From IMG/VR virus record IMGVR_UViG_3300028888_000002: a DNA stretch of 64,000 bases; one strand, written 5' to 3'. The notes under the pieces were generated by a model that made no database searches, was not told the DNA's origin, and saw only the letters and a program-made list of their open reading frames with translations. Positions 62,786-64,000 of the stretch are shown here, in pieces. Position numbers and translations under genes: made by a program. This stretch comes from a virus. Its lineage: Duplodnaviria; Caudoviricetes. The first letter of the stretch is position 1, and the number at the start of each line of letters is the position of its first letter.

Positions 62786-63172
62786 TCAGCCGTCCGTCTT
62801 GTCGTCTAGCTTCGCCTTGATAGCCTGCAACGCTTGACCTTTCGTGTAGTTCAACAAAGTATCTGTCTTTTTAAGATAACCGCCAAACTTGTTCAACATA
62901 CAGTCCGTGCATTCTTTCGCAAACTTTGACAGGCACCGCATTGGTATCGTCCCGTCGTCGTCCAACCAATCTATGAGTGCGACGGCACATTCTTCAAAGA
63001 GCCTGTGCTTATACGTTGTTGCAAGCATATTCGGGTCAATGTAGTTGTATCGGGACCACACGGCACCGATTATCATACGGACCGTGCGGACCTTTACTAT
63101 GCGTGTATAAATCGGACCGTATCGCCAATCCGCTCCCGTAAGCACCCATTCGTTTTCTGTCGTGAAATCCAT
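62786..63172 (-). CDS. hypothetical protein
   Basis: GAGGA RBS. Confidence 0.7.
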   Translation of the reverse strand: MDFTTENEWVLTGADWRYGPIYTRIVKVRTVRMIIGAVWSRYNYIDPNMLATTYKHRLFEECAVALIDWLDDDGTIPMRCLSKFAKECTDCMLNKFGGYLKKTDTLLNYTKGQALQAIKAKLDDKTDG

Positions 63173-63173
63173 A

Positions 63174-63539
63174 TTAGTCCTCTACAACTTCCACGTCCGT
63201 AAAGCGACATAAATCCTTTCTCACTTTTTGGACTTCCATATACAACATATCCTTGACCCACTTCGGCAATTCCTGGGGAACCCCCACAGTCAGTCGCAGC
63301 AGGGTTTCTTTACGCTGTTCGGAATCCATAGTCCCTGCAACTTTAACGATTTCGTCAAGTAGCTTGTCCGCAATCCTGTTCACGGTAGGTTCAAGGGCTT
63401 TCTGCACTAGACGCTTTGCTTGTTCCTTGACATAGTATTCGTCTTTAAATGCCTGCGGGTCCACACCGTAGCTTACCTGGTCATACGGTATGTGCTTCCA
63501 CAATTCTTCCAACGGATATTCTACGTTTGGTCCTTCCAT
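63174..63539 (-). CDS. hypothetical protein
   Basis: Tiled ORF. Confidence 0.7.
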   Translation of the reverse strand: MEGPNVEYPLEELWKHIPYDQVSYGVDPQAFKDEYYVKEQAKRLVQKALEPTVNRIADKLLDEIVKVAGTMDSEQRKETLLRLTVGVPQELPKWVKDMLYMEVQKVRKDLCRFTDVEVVED

Positions 63540-63542
63540 AGA

Positions 63543-63971
63543 TTACTTGTCCCAATCGGGGTCGTGTTCGGGTTTATGCAGCAGCCCCATTTCTACTGCC
63601 AAATCATTGTAAACGTCGTCAACCGTGCTGCGAACGGTATCGCACAGCCTGTCAGCGATTTTATTGAAGTAAGTCTTCATTTCCTTTGCGGACGATTCAC
63701 GGACGGCATTCACGGGGCTATCTGTCATTCCCCAACAGCCCGTGAACAAAGTTATATCCTTTACTTCCAGGACTTCTTTAACCAGGTCGCCCAACTTGTA
63801 GCCAAATTCGGGGTCATATACTTTGCCCGTATTCAATACGGTAAGGATAGGATTTCCGTTGTTCGCATTCAAGCGGAAAAACTTTCGGTTACTCTTGGAA
63901 CGATACAGAATGCTAGGCTTAATCTTTGCCATAATGCTTTCTTTTAGAGCGACGGCAAGTTCCCGCTTCAA
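63543..63971 (-). CDS. hypothetical protein, probably 5'-truncated by window edge
   Basis: Frame remains open toward the window end. Confidence 0.7.
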   Translation of the reverse strand: MKRELAVALKESIMAKIKPSILYRSKSNRKFFRLNANNGNPILTVLNTGKVYDPEFGYKLGDLVKEVLEVKDITLFTGCWGMTDSPVNAVRESSAKEMKTYFNKIADRLCDTVRSTVDDVYNDLAVEMGLLHKPEHDPDWDK

Positions 63972-64000
63972 CTGTTCTTCTCTTGTAAGGTCATTAACAC

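Noticed and set aside
1-64000. Stop-codon reassignment
   Set aside because: Genes tile densely in the standard code, all three stops are used, and no suppressor tRNA is seen.
1-64000. Host or phage taxonomy assignment
   Set aside because: No marker genes in the window; sigma70-type promoters and Shine-Dalgarno use only argue against Bacteroidota.

Overview
This window is the accessory/early region of a large dsDNA bacteriophage. It holds roughly 140 tightly packed, mostly small hypothetical genes in standard genetic code, with no recognisable core structural or replication genes. Genes from 1 to 29.5 kb are on the + strand and genes from 30.3 to 64 kb are on the - strand, converging on a ~3 kb structured junction (28.3-31.7 kb) where strand skew switches. 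About 19 copies of a sigma70-like promoter (TTGACA-17-TATATT, extended -10) drive the arms; many have an inverted repeat around the -35 and a shared CCGAGGATA RBS leader. Recognisable genes are an acyl carrier protein, coaD, a DNA amino-methyltransferase, DUF488, a SLOG/DUF2493 protein, DUF1653, DUF2958, a SpoVG-like protein and a HAD phosphatase. A tRNA operon (Phe, Glu, Ala, Asn, Tyr, Ser plus two tRNA-like RNAs) lies at 61.8-62.55 kb. The main finding is directly upstream of it: an unannotated 28-codon leader peptide (MNKNYANNFYFEAEASFAEAYFAYSQSW) built almost entirely from the six amino acids of those tRNAs. Its last codons can pair with and disrupt a terminator just before tRNA-Phe, which is the layout of a ribosome-mediated attenuator. 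I infer that it switches on phage tRNAs when the matching host tRNAs are depleted. All calls were made by eye from sequence and recalled motifs; no database searches or computations were run, and the host is unknown.
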